From: a virus
Taxonomy: Duplodnaviria; Caudoviricetes
Virus record (IMG/VR): IMGVR_UViG_3300025131_009806
Coordinates: 1-58,364 of that record
Direction: 5' to 3' (one strand)
DNA: 58,364 nt
In this document: positions 19,286 through 29,008 of the stretch, piece by piece
Numbering within the stretch: the stretch's first letter is position 1
How the letters are laid out: each line of letters begins with the position of its first letter
Program-made: the position numbers and the translations under genes
The notes under the pieces: model-generated
The model's database searches: none
What the model was told of the DNA's origin: nothing
Seen by the model: only the letters and a program-made list of their open reading frames with translations

Positions 19286-20466
19286 TGATGGGTGATCCGA
19301 AGTGGACCTCGGGAAATGAATTAAAGTATTTAAAAGAAGTTCTTAGTAATGAGCACAAGTCAAATCCATTTACTGACAGGCTTGAATCATCTTTTTGTGA
19401 GCTTTATAGCACAAAGTATGCCATAGCGATGAACTCTGCAACTAGTGCAATTCATACAGCCCTGGTTGCAGCAGGTGTTGGTCCCGGTGATGAAGTTATT
19501 ACAACTCCATACACTGTTCTTGTAGATAGTAGCATGGCGATGATAGTTGGAGCAACTCCTGTTTTTGCAGATATTGACTATAACACTCATAATATTTGCC
19601 CAAAGTCTATTTCTGAAAGAATTACTGATAAGACAAAGGCAATTATTGCTGTTTCTTATCATGGTCTTCCCACTGATATTGATCCAATTATGGACCTAGT
19701 AAAGGGAACAGATATAGTTGTAATTGAAGACAATGCTCAAACACAATGTGCACTATATAAGAATAGAAATATTGGAAATACTGCTCATTTTTCTCTTTGG
19801 TCTTTTGAGAGAACAAAACATCTTTCAACCGGCGAGGGAGGAATTCTGTGTACAAATGATGAAAATCTGGCCACAGAAGCAAGAAAGTTTGCAGGAATGG
19901 GATTTAAGAATCTAACAGCTGGAAAAAGTAAAATGGTAGCAATCACACCAAAAGATTTTCAGAGACCAGATTATACACGTCATGATCGAATTGGATTAAA
20001 CTATCGCTACAATGAATTTTGTGCAGCAGTAGCACTTGCACAATTTGAAAGGCTAGAAGAGATTGTCAGGCTAAGGCAAGATGTAGCAAAGCTTTATGAT
20101 GATGCATTTGCTGACACAGACTTCGAACCTCAGCTTGTTCCTGAAGGGTATACTAGTGCATACTTTACATATTGTGCTAAGTCTCCATTTAATAATACAC
20201 GAGAGTGGTTAGCATTTTATAACTATCATCATAATAATTGTGGAGATGATTTTTATGGGATGATGCAGCCTTCTTATTTTGAACCGATCATGGTTGAAAA
20301 AGGTTTCGCTGAAAAGTATGGGGGTACCTGTCCTGTAGCAGAAGAAGTTCAAAGAAGAAGTATGTTATTTAAGACAAATTATAGAAGTCTTGAAGAGGCA
20401 AATCGATATATTGATATTCTTAAACTGACCCTCTGTGCACATATGGAGGGAAAAATAAGAGCATGA
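19285..20466 (+). CDS. DegT/DnrJ/EryC1/StrS sugar aminotransferase
   Basis: NSATSAIH, GVGPGDEVI, IEDNAQ, SFERTKHLSTGEGG, GLNYR. Confidence 0.93.
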   Translation: MMGDPKWTSGNELKYLKEVLSNEHKSNPFTDRLESSFCELYSTKYAIAMNSATSAIHTALVAAGVGPGDEVITTPYTVLVDSSMAMIVGATPVFADIDYNTHNICPKSISERITDKTKAIIAVSYHGLPTDIDPIMDLVKGTDIVVIEDNAQTQCALYKNRNIGNTAHFSLWSFERTKHLSTGEGGILCTNDENLATEARKFAGMGFKNLTAGKSKMVAITPKDFQRPDYTRHDRIGLNYRYNEFCAAVALAQFERLEEIVRLRQDVAKLYDDAFADTDFEPQLVPEGYTSAYFTYCAKSPFNNTREWLAFYNYHHNNCGDDFYGMMQPSYFEPIMVEKGFAEKYGGTCPVAEEVQRRSMLFKTNYRSLEEANRYIDILKLTLCAHMEGKIRA

Positions 20467-21284
20467 AATTATTTGATCTATCAGGCAAAAAATGTTTAAT
20501 TACAGGAGCTGGGGGACTTCTAGGAAGGTATCATGCAGAAGCTATTATTGAGGCTGGAGGGTCTGTTATTTTAACTGATATTGATCGTAATAGTGTAGTA
20601 TCATTAGCAGAAGATCTAAAAGAAGGATATGAAAAAGAGTGTGCATCCTGGGCAGTTATGGATGTGACAGATCACAAGTCAATTTCTGGGGTATTAAATC
20701 GTATGGGACCTATTGATATTTTAATTAATAATGCTGCCAAAGATCCAAAAGTAGATAGCACTGGATTAAATGATTCAATTCCACAGTCAAGATTTGAAGT
20801 CATGTCTCTTAAATCATGGAAGGAAGGATTAGATGTATCTTTAAATGGTACATTTTTGGTGACACAAGCTGTTATTAATAAAATGATAAAGAATAATACA
20901 GCTGGAGTTATACTGAATATCTCGTCAGATCTTAGTGTTATAGCACCTGATCAAAGAATATATAAGAATTTATCTGAATCATTTTCTGAACAAAATGTTA
21001 AGCCTATATTTTATTCTGCTTCAAAGTGGGCTATTGTTGGGATGACTAAATATCTTGCCACATATTTTGCATCAAAAAATATAAGAGTTAACTCTATAAG
21101 CCCTGGCGGAGTATTCAATGATCACCCAAAAGGTTTTGTAGAAAAAATATCTAATTTGATACCTATGTCACGAATGGCAAATGTTGATGAGTATAAGGGA
21201 GCAGTTATCTTTGCTTGTTCTGACGCTAGTTCGTATATGACTGGCCATAATCTTATTTTAGATGGTGGAAGAAGCCTATGGTAG
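20463..21284 (+). CDS. SDR oxidoreductase (PtmA-like, as found in nonulosonate loci)
   Basis: TGAGGLLG, DILINNAA, YSASK, IRVNSISPGGV, YMTGHNLILDGG. Confidence 0.88.
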   Translation: MKLFDLSGKKCLITGAGGLLGRYHAEAIIEAGGSVILTDIDRNSVVSLAEDLKEGYEKECASWAVMDVTDHKSISGVLNRMGPIDILINNAAKDPKVDSTGLNDSIPQSRFEVMSLKSWKEGLDVSLNGTFLVTQAVINKMIKNNTAGVILNISSDLSVIAPDQRIYKNLSESFSEQNVKPIFYSASKWAIVGMTKYLATYFASKNIRVNSISPGGVFNDHPKGFVEKISNLIPMSRMANVDEYKGAVIFACSDASSYMTGHNLILDGGRSLW

Positions 21285-21610
21285 TCTATGTAGACATTGA
21301 TGAAACAATTTGTAGATATGCTGGAGAGAGAGTCTATCATCTTGCAATTCCAATTTTAGAAAGAATAGAAAAGATTAATTTTTTATATGATGAGGGTAAC
21401 ACTATTGTTTATTGGACAGCTCGCGGCGCCACCACAAAAATTGATTGGACAGAGCTGACAAAAAAACAGCTTAGTGAGTGGGGTGCAAAGTACACTGATC
21501 TCAAAATGAATCATAAGCCACACTATGATCTTTTAATATGTGATAAAGCAATAAATTCTACCGTTTTTTTTAGTGATGTTGAGGAGGTAAAAAATGAAAT
21601 CTCTTCCTAA
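21278..21610 (+). CDS. Small capless HAD-family phosphatase
   Basis: VDIDETIC (DxDxT), YWTARG, KP.YD..ICDKA. Confidence 0.8.
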   Translation: MVVYVDIDETICRYAGERVYHLAIPILERIEKINFLYDEGNTIVYWTARGATTKIDWTELTKKQLSEWGAKYTDLKMNHKPHYDLLICDKAINSTVFFSDVEEVKNEISS

Positions 21611-21968
21611 AAAAATTGATTTAGAAATGAAGTTTGTACCCAAGGGATGGGGTTTTGAAAAGTGGATTGTCAATTGTGAGGAATACTGTGGAAAATTACT
21701 TTACTTTGTTAAGGGAAAAAGATGTTCCTGGCATTACCACAAATTAAAAGACGAAGTATTCTACATTCAGTCTGGAAAGATATTAGTAAAGTATTCTGAC
21801 AGAGATGACCTCAATTGTTCAAGTGAAAAAACATTGTCAAGAGGCGATAGCTTTCATGTGTATAGGGGTTTACGTCATCAGATGATAGCACTAGAAGATA
21901 CAGAGCTATTTGAGTTTTCTACAACTCACTATGATTCAGATAGTCATAGGATCAAAAAAGGAGATTAG
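21594..21968 (+). CDS. Cupin, sugar-phosphate isomerase-like
   Basis: VPKGWGFE, CSWHYHKLKDEVFY, LRHQM, LFEFST. Confidence 0.8.
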   Translation: MKSLPKKIDLEMKFVPKGWGFEKWIVNCEEYCGKLLYFVKGKRCSWHYHKLKDEVFYIQSGKILVKYSDRDDLNCSSEKTLSRGDSFHVYRGLRHQMIALEDTELFEFSTTHYDSDSHRIKKGD

Positions 21969-21971
21969 TTT

Positions 21972-22877
21972 TTGAAAGCTTTGGTCAATAGAGAACCCTT
22001 AAGAGATAGACCGTGGGGCGGCGGAAATCTATTTCTTATCGCTCTATGCGATAGTCTTTTAAAGAATAACATAGAAGTAACACACAGGCTAGATGAGGAT
22101 ATAGACATAATTTTTATGCAAGATCCAAGATACAGTGATCTACAAATATCAGTAAATGAAATAGCATCATATAAAACTTTTAAGCCTGATACCAAGATAA
22201 TACATCGAGTAAATGAATGTGATGCGAGAAAGAATACAGATGATATGGATAATCTCTTAAGAGAGTGTAGCAGAATAACTGACCATACAGTTTTTGTTTC
22301 TGACTGGATGAGAGAGTATCACATCGCACGAGGGTGGAATTGTCTAAGAACTAGTGTGATACATAATGGAGTAGACCTGAACCATTTCTCTCCGCGTGAC
22401 AAGATTGATAATGGAAAAATTAATATTGTCACACATCACTGGTCTAATAATAGGATGAAGGGTTTTGATATCTATGAAAAACTAGATAGATTTGTTAAAG
22501 ACAGTGAGTTATTTACTTTTACTTATATTGGACGTCACAATAACACGTTTAAGAACACAAAGACTATAGATCCGCTATGTGGAATTGATCTTGGTAAAGA
22601 GCTATCTAAGTACAGTGTTTATATAAGCGGATCTGTATATGATCCCGGCCCTAATCATATTTTAGAAAGTATCGCTTGCAAAATTCCAACATATGTTATT
22701 TCTACAGGCGGCGGTGCTGTTGAGTTTGCAGGCCAAGATCACACCTACGATACTTTTGAAGAGTTGATAGAGATTTTAAAATCTAGAGTGTATAAAGCAA
22801 ATGATTATAATGCTAGATCATGGAGTGAATGCATAGATGACTACATGTCGATTATAGAACAGTGTAGAGGAAAATAA
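21972..22877 (+). CDS. GT4-like glycosyltransferase
   Basis: PWGGGN, VFVSDW, IHNGVD, MKGFD, DPGPNHILESIAC; TTG start. Confidence 0.85.
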   Translation: MKALVNREPLRDRPWGGGNLFLIALCDSLLKNNIEVTHRLDEDIDIIFMQDPRYSDLQISVNEIASYKTFKPDTKIIHRVNECDARKNTDDMDNLLRECSRITDHTVFVSDWMREYHIARGWNCLRTSVIHNGVDLNHFSPRDKIDNGKINIVTHHWSNNRMKGFDIYEKLDRFVKDSELFTFTYIGRHNNTFKNTKTIDPLCGIDLGKELSKYSVYISGSVYDPGPNHILESIACKIPTYVISTGGGAVEFAGQDHTYDTFEELIEILKSRVYKANDYNARSWSECIDDYMSIIEQCRGK

Positions 22878-24058
22878 TGGCAAAAATAAATTTTTTAGAT
22901 CTGGGAATGCAGCCCATAGCAAATAACTTCTTATCAGATAAGTCTGAAATAGATGATGAATATAAGTTCCACTTAACTGTTGTATTTGATGACGAGAGCA
23001 AGCTAGTATCATTGTCAGACTTTGTCCCCCCTGATCTAATGTTCAATGATTCTTATGTGTATCACTCTTCTCTCTCTAAAACGATGAGAGATCATTTCAA
23101 AGAGATAGCTACTAGTCTAACTAAAGAATTTTCACCCAAAAAGATTCTTGAGATAGGCAGCAATGATGGCGTGTTTTTGAAAAATTTTAATAAAAATGAT
23201 GCAATATCAGTTGAACCATGTGGAAATTTTGCTAAGATGACATGTGCTATGGGATATAGCACATATCAAAAATTTTGGAATGCACAGCTAGCAGAAGATA
23301 TAGTGGAAAATCATGGAAAGCAAGATCTCATTTTTTCAGCAAATTGTATATGTCATATTCACAATTTAGAAGAGGCATTTGAATCAATATCCAGGGTGAT
23401 GTCAGAAAGAGGAACTTTTATATTTGAAGATCCCTCTCTTTTAAAGATGATGAGTAGAAGATCTTATGATCAGATATATGATGAACATGCACATATTTTT
23501 TCTGTACTAGCATTAAAGAACCTTCTTTTAAAGCACAGTCTTGAAATATTTAGAGTAGAAAATTTAAATGTTCACGGTGGATCAAATAGAATATTTGTAT
23601 GTCACTCTAATTCTAGATCTATCGAATATAGTGTTCAAGAAAATTTATTTAGAGAGAGAGAAGCAGGTCTTGATACGATAGATGCATATAAAAGATTTTC
23701 ATATGATGTTGAAAAATCAAAAAATCAGCTAGTTGATCTATTAAATGAGCTAAAAAGAAAAGATTATAAAATTATAAGCTACGGTGCGACCTCTAAGTCG
23801 ACAACTGTATTTAATTATTGTGAAATAGACACTAGTATTATTGATTATATTGTAGATACAACACCTGCAAAACAAGGAAAGCTATCTCCTGGCATGCATA
23901 TTCCTGTTAAGTCACCCGAGCCAGGGTTTGATGAAACTGTCGACTATGCTTTTTTAGGAGCATGGAACTATGAAAAAGAAATAGCAGATAAAGAAAAAGA
24001 ATTTTTAAAAAATAAAAGGTTTATAACTCATGTGCCCTACGTCAGATTTATCAAGTAA
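22877..24058 (+). CDS. NDP-hexose C3-methyltransferase (TylC3/EryBIII family)
   Basis: LDLGMQPIANNF, LEIGSNDG, YDQIYDEH, HGGSNR, YGATSKS, KQGKLSPGMHIP, AWNY. Confidence 0.9.
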   Translation: MAKINFLDLGMQPIANNFLSDKSEIDDEYKFHLTVVFDDESKLVSLSDFVPPDLMFNDSYVYHSSLSKTMRDHFKEIATSLTKEFSPKKILEIGSNDGVFLKNFNKNDAISVEPCGNFAKMTCAMGYSTYQKFWNAQLAEDIVENHGKQDLIFSANCICHIHNLEEAFESISRVMSERGTFIFEDPSLLKMMSRRSYDQIYDEHAHIFSVLALKNLLLKHSLEIFRVENLNVHGGSNRIFVCHSNSRSIEYSVQENLFREREAGLDTIDAYKRFSYDVEKSKNQLVDLLNELKRKDYKIISYGATSKSTTVFNYCEIDTSIIDYIVDTTPAKQGKLSPGMHIPVKSPEPGFDETVDYAFLGAWNYEKEIADKEKEFLKNKRFITHVPYVRFIK

Positions 24059-24470
24059 AGTAGAGCAACTCAGTGTTGATTATCACGAAGATGACAGGGC
24101 TCAAAGAATATTTGACCTATTCAATCTAGAAAATGGTCAAATAAACATATCTCATGTAAATTCTACATCTCACATAGTAGCGTGGCACGTTCATAAAATA
24201 CAGACAGACTATTGGTTTTGTCCAAAGGGTTCATTTAAGGTGGGTCTAGCCGAGCCCCAGCCAGACGGAGGTCACAAAGTTAGGTGGGAATATCTCTCAG
24301 ATAAGAACTTAAAAGCGCTAAGAATACCTCCGGGAACATATCATGGCTATAGGGCGTTACAGCCTGAATCCATAATGCTATATTTTTTAACTGAGAAATA
24401 TGATCCAGAAGATGAAGAGAAAGTGTCTCCAGGAACGTTTGGTGAATCGTGGGAGATAGAAGATAAATGA
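24030..24470 (+). CDS. RmlC-like dTDP-sugar 3,5-epimerase cupin
   Basis: HEDDR, AWHVHKIQTDYW, LRIPPGTYHGY, YDPEDEE. Confidence 0.78.
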   Translation: MCPTSDLSSKVEQLSVDYHEDDRAQRIFDLFNLENGQINISHVNSTSHIVAWHVHKIQTDYWFCPKGSFKVGLAEPQPDGGHKVRWEYLSDKNLKALRIPPGTYHGYRALQPESIMLYFLTEKYDPEDEEKVSPGTFGESWEIEDK

Positions 24471-24880
24471 ATACGACAGTTGAGGATTTAAAGATTATAA
24501 ATCTATTGAGACACTGTGACAGTAGTGGAGACCTTGTAGCAATTGAGTCATTAAAAGATATTCCGATCAATATATCTAGAATTTTTTATGTGTTTGGATC
24601 TGATGGAGAAAATAGAGGAAACCATGCGCACTTTAAAACAAGACAAGTTTTAATATGTGTAAATGGATCTGTTATTGTGACTTGTAAAGATGGCACCAAT
24701 ACAATATCATTTAATCTAGACAGTAAAGATAAAGCTCTCTTTATACCGGAAATGATATGGGACTCAGTAAGCTATACTGGAAAGAATACAATTTTACTAG
24801 TTCTTTCTGATTCACAGTATGATAGAGATGACTATATAGAAGACTTTGATATATTCAAGAATATAAAGTCTCAGCTTTGA
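24467..24880 (+). CDS. FdtA/QdtA-like dTDP-6-deoxy-3,4-ketoisomerase
   Basis: DSSGDLVAIE, RIFY, RGNHAH, LFIPEMIW, LLVLSD..YDRDDYI. Confidence 0.88.
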   Translation: MNTTVEDLKIINLLRHCDSSGDLVAIESLKDIPINISRIFYVFGSDGENRGNHAHFKTRQVLICVNGSVIVTCKDGTNTISFNLDSKDKALFIPEMIWDSVSYTGKNTILLVLSDSQYDRDDYIEDFDIFKNIKSQL

Positions 24881-24889
24881 CAGTATAAT
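24862..24889 (+). promoter_or_regulatory. Putative promoter
   Basis: TATAAA-N16-TATAAT spanning the upstream stop codon. Confidence 0.4.
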
Positions 24890-24915
24890 ATAAAGTAGAA
24901 TAGTGAGATAGCATT

Positions 24916-25803
24916 ATGAAAATCATGATAACTGGAGGTCTTGGACACATAGGCTCAGCTCTTGTAGAAAGCATTAAAAAAGATCTTGATCTAACAGTTG
25001 TCGATGACATGCACTCTCAAAGATACTGTTCATTATTTAATAGAGATAGAAAATTTAATTTTTGGGAGAGAGATTTTTCAACAATATCAGTTGATGAATT
25101 AAAAAAGTTTGATGTGATTGTTCACCTAGCAGCGATAACTGATGCGGCAAAAAGCATGAGTGAAAAAGAAAAAGTTTTTGACGTGAATGTGACAAAAACT
25201 ACATCTTTTATCAAGGCTGCAAAGCTAGCAGGCATTAGTCTTTTTATTTTTCCATCTTCAACTAGTGTATACGGAAAGGGTCAAGATGTCATGTATGAAA
25301 AAGATGACAACGTGCTTCCCCAAAGCCCATATGCAGAATCTAAGGCAATTATTGAAAACAAACTCAGAGAATTATCAGTTCCTCACGTAATATTAAGATT
25401 TGGAACAATCTTCGGTTGTAGCAAAGGAATGAGATTTCACACAGCTATTAATAAGTTTAGTTTTCAATCTTCGGTGGGCCAAAGTATAACTGTATGGAAG
25501 CAAAACTATGAATATTTTCGCCCATACTTGGGAATAAATGATGCAATTCTTTCAATTAATTTAGCCATATCTAATCTGCTAAAAATCAATGAGACATACA
25601 ATGTATTAACAGATAACTTTCGTCTCTCTGAAATTGTAAAAATGATTCAGAATATAAAAGAGACAAAAGTTAGATTTGTTGACACGCCGCTTCTAAATCA
25701 GAACACATACTTTGTAAACGACGAAAAAATCAAATCAATGGGCTTTTCACCATCAGACTCTTTAGAGTCAGAAATTTTAAAAACAATGGAGATGTTAGGA
25801 TGA
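24916..25803 (+). CDS. Extended SDR NAD-dependent sugar epimerase/reductase
   Basis: ITGGLGHIG, HLAA, SSTSVYG, PYAESK, LRFGTIFG. Confidence 0.88.
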   Translation: MKIMITGGLGHIGSALVESIKKDLDLTVVDDMHSQRYCSLFNRDRKFNFWERDFSTISVDELKKFDVIVHLAAITDAAKSMSEKEKVFDVNVTKTTSFIKAAKLAGISLFIFPSSTSVYGKGQDVMYEKDDNVLPQSPYAESKAIIENKLRELSVPHVILRFGTIFGCSKGMRFHTAINKFSFQSSVGQSITVWKQNYEYFRPYLGINDAILSINLAISNLLKINETYNVLTDNFRLSEIVKMIQNIKETKVRFVDTPLLNQNTYFVNDEKIKSMGFSPSDSLESEILKTMEMLG

Positions 25804-26459
25804 AAATAACAAGGATACATTCACCATTCCCAGCAATATCAATAGATGATTTCACACCATCAGTAGCAATTGTGAGAGCAGCTGCTGAAAGCTTTAATGA
25901 TGTCAACGATTGGGTAAGCTATTCTGCAGAAAATAATCAAATACAGCATTGCTCAAAATTAGGAAGAGAAAATATTCCCCCACCGGCATTAATTCTCTTA
26001 GATTACATAGCTACTCACTTTGATCCGAATAGTGCATTTAATGGACTAACTGACAATGCTTTTCCAGATACTTCTCACTATGGTGGTGGGATGATGGTTA
26101 CACCCAATTCTAGCGGTGAAGGTGGATATCTTGGAATGCATGTTGACGCAACATCACACGGATTAAATCACAGATGGAGAAGAGAGTATAGTGCAATTTT
26201 ATGTCTGTCTGAAGAGTATGATTCATCTTTTGATCTTTTGATACATGACGGAAATGATTCTCATGCCAGAATTCCATATAAGTTTAATAGACTTAATGTG
26301 TTTAAGTGCTCAGATAGTTCTTGGCACGGCTTTCCTGAAATCACAAAGGGAATGGATAGAAAAACTTTAGGTGTAATGTATTGGTCAATTATGTCAGAAG
26401 AGGAACAAAAAGTTGCAAGAGTTAAAGCAAAATTTAATAATTCATTAGAATTTTTATAA
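25800..26459 (+). CDS. 2OG-Fe(II) oxygenase
   Basis: GGYLGMHVD (HxD), FNRLNVF, SWHG, RKTL. Confidence 0.78.
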   Translation: MKITRIHSPFPAISIDDFTPSVAIVRAAAESFNDVNDWVSYSAENNQIQHCSKLGRENIPPPALILLDYIATHFDPNSAFNGLTDNAFPDTSHYGGGMMVTPNSSGEGGYLGMHVDATSHGLNHRWRREYSAILCLSEEYDSSFDLLIHDGNDSHARIPYKFNRLNVFKCSDSSWHGFPEITKGMDRKTLGVMYWSIMSEEEQKVARVKAKFNNSLEFL

Positions 26460-26462
26460 AGT

Positions 26463-27182
26463 ATGAGTATTAAAAAAATATTAATTTCTGGAGGGGAAGG
26501 AGATTTTGCAAATCAACTCTGTGATTTAAATGATAGCAAATTTATAATTTTTTCCATTAAAAAAGATGAAATGGACGTCACAGATATTTCTCAAATTGAT
26601 AAAGTGATAGAAAAGATAAATCCTGACTATTTTATTCATGCAGCTGCTCTAACAAGACCGATGGAAATTCATGAAAGTCATCCAGATAAAAGTATTCTTA
26701 ATAATATTATTGGAACAGCAAATGTTGTTCTCTCGTGTATGAAAAAGAACATAAAGCTTATTTATCTTTCAACTGATCATGTCTATCCAGGGACAAATGG
26801 AAATTATTCTGAAGAAGATCCAGTCATGCCTATTAATAACTATGCATGGTCAAAGCTAGGGGGAGAATGCTCTGTGACACTCTATAAGAATTCTTGTATT
26901 CTTCGTCTTGCAATGATAAAGTATCCATTTCCTCACAAGTCAGCAATTGTAGACTCTTATAAGAGCTCTATTTTTATTAATGATGTTGCAAAAATAACAT
27001 TTAAATTTCTTGATATGACTGGAACATATAATGTAGGGGGAGACAAGATGTCAATCTATGATTTTGTAAAGAAGATAAATCCAGACATTAAAAAAATATT
27101 CTTAAAAGAAATTAAAGATGTCAAAATGCCAGCTGATGTCAGCATGAATTTAGAAAAAATGAAAAGAGTTGTGAGCAAGTGA
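26463..27182 (+). CDS. RmlD-like 4-keto sugar reductase
   Basis: IHAAALT, LSTDHVYPG, PINNYAWSKLGGE. Confidence 0.85.
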   Translation: MSIKKILISGGEGDFANQLCDLNDSKFIIFSIKKDEMDVTDISQIDKVIEKINPDYFIHAAALTRPMEIHESHPDKSILNNIIGTANVVLSCMKKNIKLIYLSTDHVYPGTNGNYSEEDPVMPINNYAWSKLGGECSVTLYKNSCILRLAMIKYPFPHKSAIVDSYKSSIFINDVAKITFKFLDMTGTYNVGGDKMSIYDFVKKINPDIKKIFLKEIKDVKMPADVSMNLEKMKRVVSK

Positions 27183-28093
27183 TTAATCTATTTAATATTA
27201 ATCATTATACACTAAATACAGCGACATTTGATAATGTTTTAAACGGTGCTGTAGTTAAAGAATTTGAGAAAGATTTTGCAGAATATGTAGGAGCAAATCA
27301 TGCATGCGGAGTTAATAGTGCAACTAATGCAATTTTTTTATCACTTTTAGGCAAGAATGTAGACGTCACCGTTCCTAGCATTATACCGCCAGTTGTTTTA
27401 AATGCAATAATACTGTCAGGAAATAGAATATTGTTTAAAGATGACACAGATTGGGTGGGAGGATCTTATACCCTTCACAACTTTAAAAGCTACAAGATCA
27501 TAGATTCTGCACAAAAAGTAGAGAGAGATCAGTTTAGAAGAGAAGCAAATCCAGAAGATTTGATGATATTTAGCTTTTATCCCACAAAACCAATAGGCTC
27601 TATCGATGGTGGAATGATTGTGTCTAATGATCTAGAAAAAATAGAGTGGTTCCAAAAAGCAGTTTTAAATGGTACTAGTATGTCTCAAGAAAGCTGGAAA
27701 AGAGAAATTCATTTTCCTGGATGGAAGTCTTATCTTAGTTCATGTCAAGCACAAATAGCTTCAAAAAATTTAAAGAAGCTAGATTTTAAAAATAGACGAC
27801 TAGATGAAATAAGAAAGTATTATAATGAGTCACTTAATTATCGTAATACAAGCGGCCACTTATATAGAATATCTGTAGGGGAGAGACCCACTTTTATTTC
27901 TGAGATGAAAAAAAGAAAGATATCTTGTGGAATTCACTATAGAGCGACCCACCTACATAGGGTGTATAAACAAAATATTTCTCTTCCTAATTCTGAAAAG
28001 ATAGATAGGGAAACAGTCAGTCTCCCCTTTCATGAAATGTTAACTGATGATCAAGTCGAGTATATAGTTGAGTGTTGCAAGGAGCTCAATTGA
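27179..28093 (+). CDS. DegT-family sugar aminotransferase (compact)
   Basis: FEKDFAEYVGA, NSATNAI, IDSAQ, SFYPTKPIGSIDGG, GIHY, VSLPFH. Confidence 0.88.
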   Translation: MINLFNINHYTLNTATFDNVLNGAVVKEFEKDFAEYVGANHACGVNSATNAIFLSLLGKNVDVTVPSIIPPVVLNAIILSGNRILFKDDTDWVGGSYTLHNFKSYKIIDSAQKVERDQFRREANPEDLMIFSFYPTKPIGSIDGGMIVSNDLEKIEWFQKAVLNGTSMSQESWKREIHFPGWKSYLSSCQAQIASKNLKKLDFKNRRLDEIRKYYNESLNYRNTSGHLYRISVGERPTFISEMKKRKISCGIHYRATHLHRVYKQNISLPNSEKIDRETVSLPFHEMLTDDQVEYIVECCKELN

Positions 28094-29007
28094 ATATTTT
28101 GGTAACAGGTTGCGCAGGATTTATTGGAAGTCATGCCGTTGACTTATTTCTAAGTATGGGATATTCTGTTACGGGTGTAGATTGTTTGACATATGCTGGA
28201 TCAATTAAAAATATTGAAAAAGCGATATCTCATAAAAATTTTAGGTGGTATAAAAATGATATATGTGACACTAAAAGTGTTATAGATCACTGTCTGAAAC
28301 ATGAAGTTGAATGGATTATTAATTTTGCAGCCGAGACACATGTTGATAATTCCATTGAGTCATGTGAAAGATTTATTCACTCTAATATAGTCGGAGTTCA
28401 GTCTCTTTTAGAGTGCTGCAGAAGACTCAATATAAGTCTTTTTCATGTATCAACTGATGAAGTCTATGGCTCTATACTAGAGGGGTCATTTTGTGAGACA
28501 TCTAAGCTAAATCCCAAAAATCCATATTCGGCGACCAAGGCTGCTGCAGAGCATCTTATAACTGCTTATTCTAATACATACGGAGTAAATTATATCATTG
28601 TGAGACCAAGCAATAATTTTGGACCGAGACAGCACGTTGAAAAATTGTTACCTACAGTCCTAAGAAGCCTTAGAGCCGGGGAAAAAATTCCTGTGTATGG
28701 AGATGGAAAAAATATAAGAGACTGGCTATATGTTAAAAATAATGTAAAAATGATGGAAATAATTCTTAGGAAAAGTGACGTAAATCAGGTTTATAATATT
28801 ACAAATGGCAATGAATTTGAAAATATCGAAATAATTCGTAAAATTATAGATATTCTTAAAATAGACTTCGAATCAAGTGTGAAGTTTACAAAAGATAGAC
28901 TTGGGCATGATTTTAGATATTCTATTTCTGATAGAAAAATAAAAGGTTTAAATTTTCAGGTGAATTCAAATTTTAATGATGATTTAAAAGAAACAATAAG
29001 AGGGTAA
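28090..29007 (+). CDS. rmlB: dTDP-glucose 4,6-dehydratase
   Basis: VTGCAGFIGS, LTYAG, NFAAETHVDNSI, VSTDEVYG, NPYSATKA, NNFGPRQH.EK, DRLGHDFRY; TTG start after GGAG. Confidence 0.94.
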   Translation: MNILVTGCAGFIGSHAVDLFLSMGYSVTGVDCLTYAGSIKNIEKAISHKNFRWYKNDICDTKSVIDHCLKHEVEWIINFAAETHVDNSIESCERFIHSNIVGVQSLLECCRRLNISLFHVSTDEVYGSILEGSFCETSKLNPKNPYSATKAAAEHLITAYSNTYGVNYIIVRPSNNFGPRQHVEKLLPTVLRSLRAGEKIPVYGDGKNIRDWLYVKNNVKMMEIILRKSDVNQVYNITNGNEFENIEIIRKIIDILKIDFESSVKFTKDRLGHDFRYSISDRKIKGLNFQVNSNFNDDLKETIRG

Positions 29008-29008
29008 A

